From contig NC_043001.1 in the NCBI RefSeq assembly GCF_006345805.1, positions 64,604,001-64,668,000 of the forward strand: a DNA stretch of 64,000 bases. The letters are read 5' to 3'. Under the pieces are notes generated by a model. It saw nothing but the letters and a program-made list of their open reading frames with translations, was not told where the DNA came from and did not search any database. The position numbers and the translations under genes were made by a program. Source of the stretch: Octopus sinensis. Its lineage: Eukaryota. This document shows positions 11,511 through 23,581 of the stretch, in pieces. Position 1 is the first letter of the stretch. Each line of letters begins with the position of its first letter.

Positions 11511-12398
11511 TATGTTTGACTTTTGTTTTATATTTGTACAAGTTGGCTCCAAGTCTCACCCAGAGACCTGAAGAGACAACAGGCTGGAAGTTCACGTTGT
11601 TGTTATGCCTAGTGTGCCATATATTTGGGGTCTTTTTTTGGCGTTGTACTAGTGAATGTCTAATAAATAAAAATAAATAAATAAATAAATAAATAACATA
11701 AAAATAAATAAATAAATAAAATAAAAATTGTTTGTTTTAAACCTTGAGATTACATAGAAAGTATTTTGCGTAGGATATGAGCAGTTCTCATGAGCACTAT
11801 CTTTTGAATTTCTGCCATTTTGGGGTTTCCTGGTATCTGAGTTAGGTAGCAATCAGCCCCTTTCGCTATCATTCCCAGGGCACCTATGACAACAGGTATT
11901 GTTTTAGTCTTCAGGTTCCACATTTTGCTGATTTCTATTTCAAGATCTTTATATTTGCTCAGTTTTTGGTAGGTCTTGACAGATACGTTTATATCGATTG
12001 GGACAGTCATATCAATGAGGAGGCATGTTCTTTGTCTGAAGTCTTTCAATATGATGTCTGGCTTATTTGCATCTATCTTTCTGTCAGTTTGAATGGTGAA
12101 GTTCCAGAGGAGTGAGATGTGGTCATTTTCAAGCACTGGAGGTAGTTTGTGTTCCCACCAGTTTTTTTCATGGGGCAAATCCAGGTTTTTGCAAATTACC
12201 CAGTGAATATATTGTGCAGCTCTATCATGCCTGTTGAGATACTCTGTAGGTGCTAGAAGGCTGCACTTGGAGACAACATGATCAATGGTTTCATTTTGTT
12301 GTTGACATACACGACATGTTGGGCTACTGCCATTCTTTAATATGTTGGCCTGGTAGTTTCTTGTTGGTAGGCATTGTTCTTGAGCTGCTATGATAAAC
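11511..12398 (-). mobile_element. 5'-truncated R4/Dong-clade element (CCHC knuckle + RLE + 3' UTR) between (TAA)n tracts
   Basis: CRVCQQQNETIDHVVSKC..RHD and LLWNFTIQTDRKIDANKPDII...LLIDMTVP...KYKDLEIEI. TAA repeats at ~11474-11510 and ~12399-12430. Confidence 0.9.
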
Positions 12399-12430
12399 CC
12401 TTATTATTATTATTATTATTATTATTATTT

Positions 12431-15400
12431 ATATATACACAACAGATTAGACTGTTAGAAAAGAAAAATTCCTAACATCGGGCTACAAGTAACCTTAGAT
12501 GCCAAGAACCATCCTAGCTGACCATCCTAACAAAACTATTTTCTGGAGCTGTACTAAACTGGGTTTTATGCCTATTTCCTCTATCCATCTATTCACATTT
12601 TTAGGGATAGTTCTTAATGTACCTGAGTTACAGTTTACCCACATTTTCCATAGCCTCTGTAATTCAATTGCTAGGTCTTGGCTAGGTCTTATTCATCTCA
12701 TATAGATTTTTTTCATCATTTGGGACTGTAAAGTCAATTATCTGGCATTTTCTATTTTCTTTTGTCTACTACTACTAAATCAGGCCTTCTAGCTTCTATT
12801 ACTCTGTCAGTCTGAATGCTTAAGTCCTACAACATCTTATATTTCTTACTTTCTAATACTTTGCTAGGTTCATATTCATACCATTTATCAGTATGTTCAA
12901 ATCCTGGATTTTTACATAACTCATAGTGGATTACTCTCTCTAAGGTTGTTATGTCTTTTCTTCTATTCTTTCTGTGCCAGCATGCTACATTCACTTAGTA
13001 TGTTAGTAACGATTTCTTCTTTTGATTTGCATAACCTACATTGGGAATCGACTTGGATTTTGTCTATCTTGGCTTTTATCCAATTAGTCCTTAATGCTTA
13101 ATCTTGTGCTGCTACTAACAAACTTTCTGTCTCCCTTTTCATCCTTCCTTTCTGCGACCATAACTACTACTATTTGCTGCAACTATTTTTGAGAATCTAC
13201 CATGCAAAACCTTCTCCTGCCAATCAGATAACTTTTATTCTTTTTTTCTGGTTTTTAACTTCTTTTTCTTTTTTGGTTTCCCTATGTCCCACTGTGACTC
13301 TAACAGCTTTTAATAAACTTTCTTCACTATTACCTACATAGGCGGCTAAGTCTTCTCTAGCTAACTCCATGCAATCTTCTATTGTAATAACCCGCTTCTA
13401 CTGATATTAACCCTCTTCCACCTTCATTTCTAGGTAAGTATAATCTTGCTTCTTCTGCCCTTGAGTTGATTCCTCCATTCATATTGAATTCCTTCTTAGT
13501 TCTTCTGTCTAGCTTTGCTAATTCAGTTTTTGTCCAATCTACAAAAGCTGCTGAATATCTAAGTAATCATACTGCCCAAGTATTTACAGCCTTCACTAGA
13601 TTTGGACCATTTAGCTTTGATTTCATTAGCTTCCTCACATTCTGATGTACTCCTCAATTTTCATTTTCATTACTATAGTTAGTATTATGTCAGATTCTAA
13701 TACTCCTAGATACTTATATAACTCTCTCTCATTCTTTCAATAATTTTAATGTCTGGCCATCTGATAACTGGATGCCTTCACTGTTGACGACCTGTCCCCT
13801 TCTCTTGACTAATATTGCACATTTATCTATGCCAAATTCCATGCCTATATCTTTTCTGAAGAGTCTTACAGTCTGTATTAAGGAATCTCTTTTTCATTCT
13901 TACTAAAAAGCTTCAAATCATCCATGTAGAGCAAATGGTTATTTTTCCCTTACTATTTCTGAACTGATACCCTGACTTTGTCTTCCTTAATACTAAACTG
14001 AGTGGGATCAAACATAAGACAAATATTAGAGGGATAACGAGTCTCCTTGGAAAATTCCTCTCTTGATATTAATTTTCCCTAAGAACTTCTCACCTGAGTA
14101 GAGATCTACTTTCCATTCCTTCATACTAAAGGTAATGAATTCTCTTATGTTATCTGCTATACTGAATATACTTAAATGTTCACTTATCTATGAGTGTGGG
14201 ATCATGTCATAGGCTTTCTTATAATCTATCCATGCTATTGTTAAATTTTTCTTTCTAGCTTTTACTTCATTTAGAACTTTTGTCTTTGCACAATAGATCA
14301 TGTGTTCTTCTAGCCTTCTTCCTGCAACCTTTCTGTTCTTCTGGCAGTAAATTCTGGTTGTCAAGGTTCTTGTAAATGCTTTGTGAATGCATTCGTTAAC
14401 AGCTTCCTCACTAATAGTAAGCAAGTAATTGGTTTACAATTGCTAGCTGTATTACCCTTCCTTTTATCTTTCATAAGGAGTATTGTTTTCCATCTAGTCA
14501 TCCAAACTGGTATTATTCCTCCATTAAACAATCCTGAAGTTGTTCCCTAAGCTTCCCATGTAAACTACTGAATTTCTTTAACCAGTACTCTTGAACTAAA
14601 TCTTGTTCTGGGTCCTTCCAATTTGGCATTTACCCTAACACTTTACTCATTAATGCACTAGTTAGTCTTAGATCTAGCTGCTTCTCACTCACTACTTTTT
14701 CCCTTACTTTCTTTAACCATACTGCATCTCCATTATGATTGATTGGCTTATCCCAAATATTACTCCAGAACTTTCTAACTTCTTCTGTGTTAGGTTTCTC
14801 ATCGTCAGTATTTTCTTCTCCACTATTTATTTGGTTGTAAAATCTCTGGTCTGTCTCAAATAATCTATTCTGTTGATACTGATCTATTCTTTTCTGGTAT
14901 CTTCCAGATATCAGAAAAGAATAGATGCTACTGCTATCATATGCTGTTTCAACTCTTCTATGACTACATGCTACTGCTATCATATGCTGTTTCAACTTTT
15001 TATAACTGTCCCAAATCCTTTCTCTTTGACTAAGTATCTTTTCTCAAGAAAAGATTTGAATCTTGTGTTTCCTAACTTGTTCAGTTTCCAAGCTTCTATT
15101 CTACTCAAATCTTGTCTTAAAGTCTTCAATTTATTTTGTAATTTCCTTTTCCACATTTGCTCTTTTTTTAATCTTGCCTCATGAAATATTTAATCTTTAG
15201 TAATTACTACCCCTCCTGCATACATCAATAAGTGAGTGTCTCCTATATTTTTAGTATCTATCCTACTAACAACAGAATATACTTTCCTAGTCATATCTAG
15301 CAGCTTCCTTCTGTTGATAATTTTTAATGCTGGTAATCTTTTTCTTATTTCTTTACTCATTACTTCCTGCAACTCATCTAAAATCTTTTGAGCTTCATCA

Positions 15401-15470
15401 TTTAAATCACATAAATCATTGGTGCCACTTGTTCCTTCCTCATTGGTAGTGTTATTATTATTTTTTTCCT
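12431..15470 (-). mobile_element. Long degenerate R4/Dong-clade retrotransposon (RT + RLE)
   Basis: FWSNIWDKPINHN, NCKPITCLL, WIDYKKAYDMIPHS, GIFQGDSL and NHLLYMDDLKL (~13910-13945), with many stops and frameshifts. Confidence 0.9.
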
Positions 15471-15529
15471 TTAGGTTATTCTTTGGTTTAAGTTTTATCT
15501 CTTATGTTGTTGTTTGTCTTTCCTGCTAC

Positions 15530-18010
15530 CTGGTCATTCATTTGAATGTAATGTCATGGGAGAGAAATGTGTTCACATGGATAATGGCACATGTGCATTT
15601 AATGATTCTGCAAAGAAAGAGGCTTGGAAATACCATTATGAAGGACTGCTGAATGTGGAGAATGTATAAGAGGAGGAGAGTCTGCCAGATATTGACCCAA
15701 TAGAGGAACCAGCTACCTGAATCGACAGTTCCATGGTAGATAAAGCAACTAAAGATATGAAGACAAGGAAAGCTCCCGGCCCATCAGGAATCAACACTGA
15801 GATGCTTAAAATATTTTGCAGTGTGAGTTATGGTCTAGTCACCCATATTGTATATCAGCTGGTTCATGAAGGAGTCATACCCATAGTAAATTGCTACAAA
15901 AGTAAAGATGATGCTTTAGATAGAAATAATTGCAAAGGTATCAAATTGTTGGATGAGGTGATGAAAGTTATGGAGAGGGTCATAGCCCAACACATTAGGG
16001 AGAGAGTTAGTCTAGATGAGATGCAATTTGGTTTTGTGCCAGGGAGAAGCACTACTATGCTATATTTCTGGTAAGGCGGCGAGCTGGTAGAAACGTTAGT
16101 ACGCCGGGCGAAATTCGTAGCCGTATTTCGTCTGTCGTTACGTTCCGAGTTCAAATTCCGCCGAGGTCGACTTTGCCTTTCATCCTTTCGGGGTCGATAA
16201 ATTAAGTACCAGTTACGCACTGGGGTCGATGTAGTCGACTTAATCCCTTTGTCTGTCCTTGTTTGTCCCCTCTGTGTTTAGCCCCTTGTGGGTAGTAAAG
16301 AAATATATATTTCTGGTAAGGCAGCTGCAGGAGAAATACCTAGCCAAAGATAAACCTCTGTACCTGGCTTTTGTTGACTTGGAGAAAGCCTTTAACAGGG
16401 TCCCCCAATCCCTAATTTGGTGGTCATGGTGGAAACTAGAGATAGACGAGTTGTTAGTGAGGGCCATACAAGTCATGTACAGGGACGCTACCAGTAAGGT
16501 GAGGATTGGCAATGAGTACAGCAAAGCATTCGGGGCACAAGTAGGGATTCACCAAGGATCAGCCCTCAGCCCCCTCTTGCTCATCATAGTCCTCCAGGCA
16601 ATAACAGGAATTTAAGACGGGCTACCTCTGGGAGCTCCTCCATGCTGATGACTTGTTCTTGTAGCTGAATCACTACCAGAACTAGAAAAGAAGTTTCAGG
16701 TATGGAAGCAATGTCTAGAATCAAAGAGCCTTTGAATTAACCTGGCAAAAATCAAAATCTTAGTAAGAAGGCAGACAAATCACAAATTCCTTCAGGTAGC
16801 TGACCCTGCTGAATTTGTTGAAAAGGCATGGGTAGAAATTCCATAAGATGTACCCAGTGTAAGCTTTGGACACATAAGAGGTGCAGCAATATCAGAGGAA
16901 GATTAACAGGGAAAATAGTGTTTGTGTTTGGAAGATGCACAGGTACAATAAACACCAAAAATGTACAGAAAATAGACTCCATCAATTGCCAGTGGGGTAA
17001 GCTAGAGTTAGTAGATAGCTTACCTTATCTAGGTGACCAAGTTAGTAGTGGTGGTGGATGCTCCAAAAGCATAGCTGTGAGAATAAGATTAGGCTGGGAA
17101 AAGTTCAGAGAGCTCCTACCTCCACTGGCAACAAAGGGCCTCTCTCTCAGAGTAAAAGACAAATTGTATGATGCCTGTGTGTGTACAGCTATGCTACATA
17201 GCAGTCAAACATGGGCTGTGACAGCCAAGAATATGTGTAGGCTTGAAGGAAAGGAAGCCAGTATGCTTCTCTGGATGTGCAATGTTAGTGTGCATGTTCA
17301 ACAGAATGTAACCATTTTGTGAGAAACATTGGGCATAAGAGGCATCAGATGTGGTGTGCAAGAGAGACGACTGCACTGGTATGGTCATGTGATGCATATG
17401 GATGAGGACAGCTGTGTAAAGAAGTGCCAATCTCTACCTGTGGAGGGAATCTGTGGTAGACATGGGACAAGGTGGTGAAGCAGGATCTTCGAACTTCAGG
17501 CCTCACAGAAGCAATGACTAATGACCAAGACCTTTGGCAATATGCTGTGTTTGAGAAGACCTGTCAAGCCAAGTGAAATTGTAGTTGTTGCTAATGCTGG
17601 TGTCATGTGGCTGATGCTGGTGTAACTAGAACTCATACTGGTGGCAAATAAAAAGCACCTTTTGGGTATTGAGCTTCATGGAGGAAAGTGGCTGAGCTCC
17701 TTTCAAGTATTAGGCCTCATGGAGGCAATGACCTAGACGTTTGGCATTATGTCGTGCTGGAAAAATGACCTATCAAGCCAAGCAAAATCACAGTCATGGC
17801 AAATAGTGGTATCACGCAAATAGCACCCATATCAGTGGCACGTAAAAGCACCCATTAAACTCTTGCAGTGGTTGGCATTAGGGAAGGCATCCAGCCCTAG
17901 AAATCATATAAAATCAAACTGGGGTCTGATGCAGTCTTCCAGCTTGCCAGCCCTGGTCAAACCATCCAACCCATGCCAGGATGGATATGGACATTAATTG
18001 ATGATGATGA
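15530..18010 (+). mobile_element. Degenerate RTE LINE (RT, PHD-like insert, 3' UTR, (GAT)n tail)
   Basis: KAPGPSGI, QFGFVPGRST, AFVDLEKAF, GIHQGSALSPLL and YLGDQVSSGGG. Confidence 0.92.
16078..16305 (+). mobile_element. Young tRNA-derived SINE with 17-bp TSD, inserted in the RTE
   Basis: TATATTTCTGGTAAGGC at 16061-16077 and 16306-16322. B-box GAGTTCAAATT. Central GCCTTTCATCCTTTCGGGGTCGATAAA resembles the Deu/Nin SINE domain (from memory). Confidence 0.9.
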
Positions 18011-18059
18011 TATATAGAATTATCTAGAAATATCTCTGTACACTTTTTTCTCTGTACAT

Positions 18060-18290
18060 GTATATATATAATTTCAATATGTGACTGCATATGTATCGTT
18101 GGCGATTTTCTTTCTCTGTCTTCCCTTGGACCTTTCCTTTTTCTATGTTTCTGACTAAGAGCCCTGCTCGAAACGTTAAATCCTCCTTCTTTCTTTCCTT
18201 TCCTGAGCGTCCAATAACACTATACTTGTTCCACATCCTCGCATTGGTGTGTTTTCTTTTTGTTCATGTTTGGATTAACTATATATATAT
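18060..18290 (+). mobile_element. Solo PLE terminal repeat with minimal hammerhead motif (18148-18180)
   Basis: UUU-CUGACUA-A-GAGC-CCU-GCUC-GAAAC-GUU-AAA. Homologous to 2775-2995 (-). Confidence 0.75.
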
Positions 18291-18346
18291 ATATATATAT
18301 TTATATGTAATTTTTTTCTCTGTACATGTATATATATATATATATA

Positions 18347-18668
18347 TGTGAAGTCACATGACTCAGTGGTTAGAGTTGTGAGGTTGTGAGCTCGAATCCC
18401 GGACCAGGCTGCATGTTGTGTTCTTGAGCAACACTTCATTTCACGTTGCTCCAGTTCACTCAGCTGTAGAAATGAGTTGCAACATCACAGGTGCCAAGTT
18501 GTATCGGCCTTTGCCTTTCCCTTGGATAACACTGGTGGCATGGAAAGGGGAGGCCGGTATGCATGCGTGACTGCTGGTCTTCCATAAACAACCTTGCCCG
18601 GACTTGTGCCTGGGAGGGTAACTTTCTAGGTGCAATCTCATGGTCAATGTCGTGACCGAAGGGGGTCT
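18347..18668 (+). mobile_element. CORE-type tRNA-derived SINE
   Basis: A-box TGACTCAGTGG, B-box GCTCGAATCCC, and CORE-like GTTCTTGAGCAACACTT..CTCAGCTGTAGAAATGAG. Confidence 0.75.
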
Positions 18669-18684
18669 CATATATATATAGTAT

Positions 18685-19900
18685 AATATGGCACCTGAAA
18701 AGAAATAAAGTTATTTACACAATTGAGTGGAAGATATTAGCAAATGCACCTAGTTATAAAATTAACCCTAAATTCTGTAGATTATGCTTAGAAGAAAATT
18801 ATAAAATAATGAAAGGAAAAGAAAACATTATTATCTTGAGAAATAAAAAATGTTTTTTCTTGTAAGCATATAAATAATTATCTATTTATTGAATTTAGAC
18901 AATCTAATGAACTTAAATTATGTATTAATGAATTTGATGTTACTTAAAAATTATAATAAATATAAATTTAAACCCTAGTTTTGAACTATAGATAGAATTG
19001 AATATATTAAGATAATAGGTAATAGCAGGCATTATAATAGAAGAATATCAACTAAATATACATATACAGTATAATGGTTTAATACCCAGAATAATCTAAC
19101 AGGATGTTAACAGACTAATATTGATTATAACTATACACGTTTAAAAGTAAATGTTATATATAAGAAAACATACCTGTTTCATTATATATGAAATGAATAT
19201 ATTCTATGTCTAGATAGCCATTTTAAATTATAAACATATATATTTGGGTGTATATATGTTTGTAGGGATGTGAACTTTGATGTGTTTATGTAATTTTTTA
19301 AAATTTCTTTATATATTTGTATAAATTTTGGTGCACATGATAAATAGGAATATGAATATAGATACTTTAAATAAGTAATTAATTTTTACCTTTATATGGA
19401 ATATTTAATATTAAATAATGTGTATGTATGCATGTTACATATGGCTATGAGTTTTTGTATATCTTTTTTGTGTGTGTATATGTGTATATATCTGTATATA
19501 TATGTGTGTGTGTGTGTGTTTATGCATCCCAGTCCTTGGAAAGTGTGTCAGGGGAAATCTTTAATGAACATCTCATATGTGTGTGTGTGTATACCTGTGT
19601 GCATATATATATATATGTACATGAATTAGTGTGCACATGTACCCATATATCTCATTTCTAATTCTATCTTAAGTACAAGTGTATATTTGCATACTTTTTT
19701 CCTACCTTGGGGTAGAACTGTCCATAGCTATCAACATAAACTTTCTCACTCATTATGCCTATATGTTCTGAAAATGTAACTTTCCCAATTGAAGTGCACT
19801 TCACAATCAAGGTTTTGATGAAGCTATAGGATATTATACTGGTATTTAACTAAGAGTCCACCACTTCTTATAGCTAAAACAGCTGTAAGGTAATAAAGTT
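18685..19900 (+). mobile_element. Naiad-type PLE 3' fragment (GIY-YIG C-terminus, AT-rich UTR, decayed hammerhead at ~19811-19890)
   Basis: IWHLKRNKVIYTIEWKIL..SY....CRLCLEE at 18687-18810. The link to the downstream HHR is inferred from position. Confidence 0.65.
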
Positions 19901-20995
19901 CATTACATAACATTTAGTTTTTCTGGTGTCATCTCTTTGTTTCTATTACCATTTATACTCATATAACATTGTGTTCTGTACCATAAAGATATTGAGTTCT
20001 ACATCAGGTTATTAGTCTCGCTAAGCCTAAGTGACATATTAACATATATAAAAGCAAAAATTTAGATTAAGATGAATTAGGTACTTAAGTTGAGGCACTA
20101 GAATTTAGTACAGTATTATCCATACAGTTTCAAAATAAGGTGATTAAAATCAAAAATTCAAAGAACACCCACTTAGAAAATACTTATATCTGAGGAAACT
20201 AAAGGAATTTATTAAATCGTTGCATAACAAACCAGGAATTCTGGTCCCAGCAGATAAAACTGTAAACTTATATAGACTTACCTATACCACCTATAGGAAA
20301 CTAGTAATGAAGGAACTCAACGCTAAATATAAAATAATATCGAAAAAGAATCTATCAAACATTAATTTAAAAATTAAAGAAGTTATGATAGAATATGACT
20401 TAACAGACAGAACAGAACCCTTAAAATCAAGTGAACCAATGATTAACCTAAAAGACCACAAGAACTTCCATGATAATCCTACTGTAAGACAAATTTGCCC
20501 GACTAAGTCCAATATTGGTCAATTTAGCAAATCTATTCTGGATAATATACTACCCCTTATAATTCCCAACCTAGCTCTCAAATTATGGTTTGATACAGAT
20601 GAAGTAATACATTGGTTTAAATCCATTGATAACATAAGTAATTATTTTTTTAATTCAATTTGACATTAACAGTTATTATTCCAGTATGATCTAATAAATT
20701 CCTTTATTTGTTGAGAAGAATAGGGGCTATTCTTCTCAACAAATCTCTAATTTTTGCTAAAAACCTCTCTCTTATAACAAGGGATAAAATCGACATTATT
20801 CTTTTAGCTAGAAGAACTATCATAGAATTTGAGGGTAAACTTTGGACTAGGGCTGATACCCCCGAAAACTTTGGTATAGTTATGGGCTTGAGTGACTCGG
20901 CTAAAATCACTAACCTAGTTGGTATGTACCTTTTAAGGTGCCTCAATAGAGAAATCTCTGAATTACAGGGTGGTTTATATTAAAGATGATGCTCC

Positions 20996-21385
20996 ATAGG
21001 CGCAGGAGTGGCTGTGTGGTTGGTAGCTTGTTTACCAACCACATGGTTCTGGGTTCAGTCCCCCTGCGTGGCATGTTGGGCAAGCGTCTTCTACTATAGC
21101 CTCGGGCCGACCAAAGCCTTGTGAGTGGATCTGGTAGACGGAAACTGAAAGAAGCCTGTCGTATATATGTATATATATATATGTATGCATGTGTATGTTT
21201 GTGTGTCTGTGTTTGTCCCCCTGGCATTGCTTGACAACCGATGCTGGTGTGTTTATGTCCCCGTTACTTAGTGGTTTGGCAAAAGAGATCGATAGAATAA
21301 GTACTGGGCTTACAAAAGAATAAGTCCCGGGGTCGAGTTGCTGGCCGCAGTCAAAAATGACTGAAACAAGTAAAAGAATAAAAGA
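20996..21385 (+). mobile_element. Bipartite SINE inserted at the RT catalytic motif region of the PLE
   Basis: Homology to other copies. It follows GGLY..DDA. Confidence 0.9.
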
Positions 21386-22283
21386 AAGAAAGAATATTTA
21401 TCATCCCTAGCAACAACAAATCAGTCATAGAAAGAATGAGAAAAAGAATTAGAAAATTTTTTGAAAGCTTTAACTTAGGTATTACATATGAATATGGCAC
21501 AAAGGTAGTAAATTTTTTAGATACTACTTTAGACATTAATTCTTATACCATCCCTATAGGAAACCAGGTGAGGTTACAAGATACATGAGCAAATTATCAA
21601 ATCACCCCCCCCCCCAATGTGTTAAAATCGGTAGTTAAAAGTATTGCTAGGAGAATTACTAAATTATCAAATAATGATATTTTTTATACCCATTCCTACC
21701 ACTACAATGTTGCTTTGTCTAAGGCAGGATATGACCAGGAAATTACTTTTCTTAGTCCTGAAAGTTCAGCACCTTTTAATAGTGGAAATAATGATAGTTT
21801 GAGTAATAGAACTACTAACTTACTTAGTTGTGAAAGAATACCAAATGAAAAAGCATCCTACAAACCTAACAATTTAAATAATAATAGAATAAGCTTCAAC
21901 AGGAGATGGGATATTAAAACGGGAATGAAGCTTAGGTTAGATAATAAAAGTAGTGATGGGAAAGTATTGGTTACTCCTCCCTACATAGATATGAAATCTA
22001 CTGGAAATATAAACATACCTATTAATCAAGGTATGATTCGAGAGAGCAGGGATAAGACAGGTAGATCCCACCCTTACACCATAAATTTGAAGGTAAGAAC
22101 TTCATCTGGTTCAATATCCCTAACTGTGCCTTATCCACAAACATATATATGAAATTTATGGCTATTTTAGAAAACACTTCCCTATTTCCCATAGATATAA
22201 TAGAATTTTTTTACGTAAGACAGAATCTCGTATTCTACTCTTCCCATCATAGCTAGATTAAATAAGAAGAATATAAAATTAGC

Positions 22284-22306
22284 CAGAGTTGATAATAATA
22301 ATAATA

Positions 22307-22361
<55 letters not shown>

Positions 22362-22375
22362 TAATAATAATAGTA
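22284..22375. repeat. (AAT)n microsatellite inside the PLE linker
   Basis: Direct sequence. Confidence 0.95.
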
Positions 22376-23581
22376 CTGTCAACTATAACGTAAACCCCCA
22401 AAATGAGAATAGTAATATTAATGATGAAGTGGAAAATAGAAGTGACAGTGGTAATACTTCTAATATAAACAAAATAGATTGTAGTTCCACTGCCTATAAA
22501 AGAGCATGGAAATTATTGGTATGCCTATTGATGCAGAGGCAGATTTAAATGATACTATGATTAAGGGGGAGGGTAGATAATAACAGACGTGAACAGAACG
22601 TACTTGATAATAGAAATATTAATAGTGAAAATATTAATAATAATAATATGAATTTTAATAATACTAATAATTTCTCCTAGTTGCAATTGTACAGTTAAAT
22701 CCCACTGTCCATTATTAGGCTGATGTCTTACCCAGAACGTAATTTATAAATGTACAAGTAAATTTATTGATTGTTTGATTACTATGAAAAAACGTACAAT
22801 GATAACTACAACTAGTAATTTTATTGGTTGCTCGATTACTATGAAAAAACGTCTGTACAATCGCATTTCCTCTTTTAAACTTCAGCATAAGGTGAATTGT
22901 ATGTCATTATCTAGTAAGATTTGGGAATTGAAGGAAAGCAGAATTGGGTTTAGCCTTAAATGGGAAATAATAAGAAAAGTGCAGCCTTATAGAAATAGTA
23001 GATATGGGTGTGAGCTGTGCTCTATGCAAACATATGAAATTTTTAAACATAAAGATAAGTGCAACCTGATTAACAATAGATTAGTCCTTAGGGTATCATG
23101 CATACATAGTGTCACCTGTACTTTTAAATATTTTCAAAAGTAGCACTTTATAGGTCTTATGCTTGAACTGAATTTGATGGAAACTTACTTTTAATATTTT
23201 TAGTTTGGAAATTAAAGTACATTGCATATATTATAATATAATAAAAGCTATATGGTATAGTTAGTTAGTTAGTTTGCTACACAGAGTTAGTATACTATCC
23301 ATATGAATTTTCCTGCCTAGTTGGTCAGATTTCATCATGGTTTTAGTAATTAATCTGTTTATCCCTTTTCCTATAGTGTTCCACCCTCCTGATCTTAGTA
23401 TTTATAAGGGCCTTTATGTAATTAATTAAGTATCCCAAAGAAACTATATTATCAACTAAAATTGGTATGCTGATTTCAAAACTACATTCAGTTTTCTTCT
23501 ATCATGTTCAGTTGTTTTTTCTACAGCTTACTCTCTGAATAAGCACAATTATATTTTATAATTTTATTATTTTATTGATAA

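Larger units (their letters stand above)
20100..23143 (+). mobile_element. Degenerate Naiad-type PLE (RT, thumb, GIY-YIG)
   Basis: ADKT, LKDHKNFHDNPTVR..PTKSNIG.SKSILD, SDSAKITNLVG, CNC..CPLLGxC, LSSKIWELK and CELC...C.H. The clade name comes from motif recollection. Confidence 0.85.

Noticed and set aside
11565-11600. CTGAAGA motif in the R4 3' UTR as a hammerhead
   Set aside because: No stem II or GAAA partner.
22721-22723. In-frame TGA in a Naiad Cys-rich region, possible selenocysteine
   Set aside because: It is at the variable x of G-x-C while the Cys codons are TGT/TGC, so CGA-to-TGA CpG decay is more likely. No TGA occurs at Cys positions in the other Naiad fragments.
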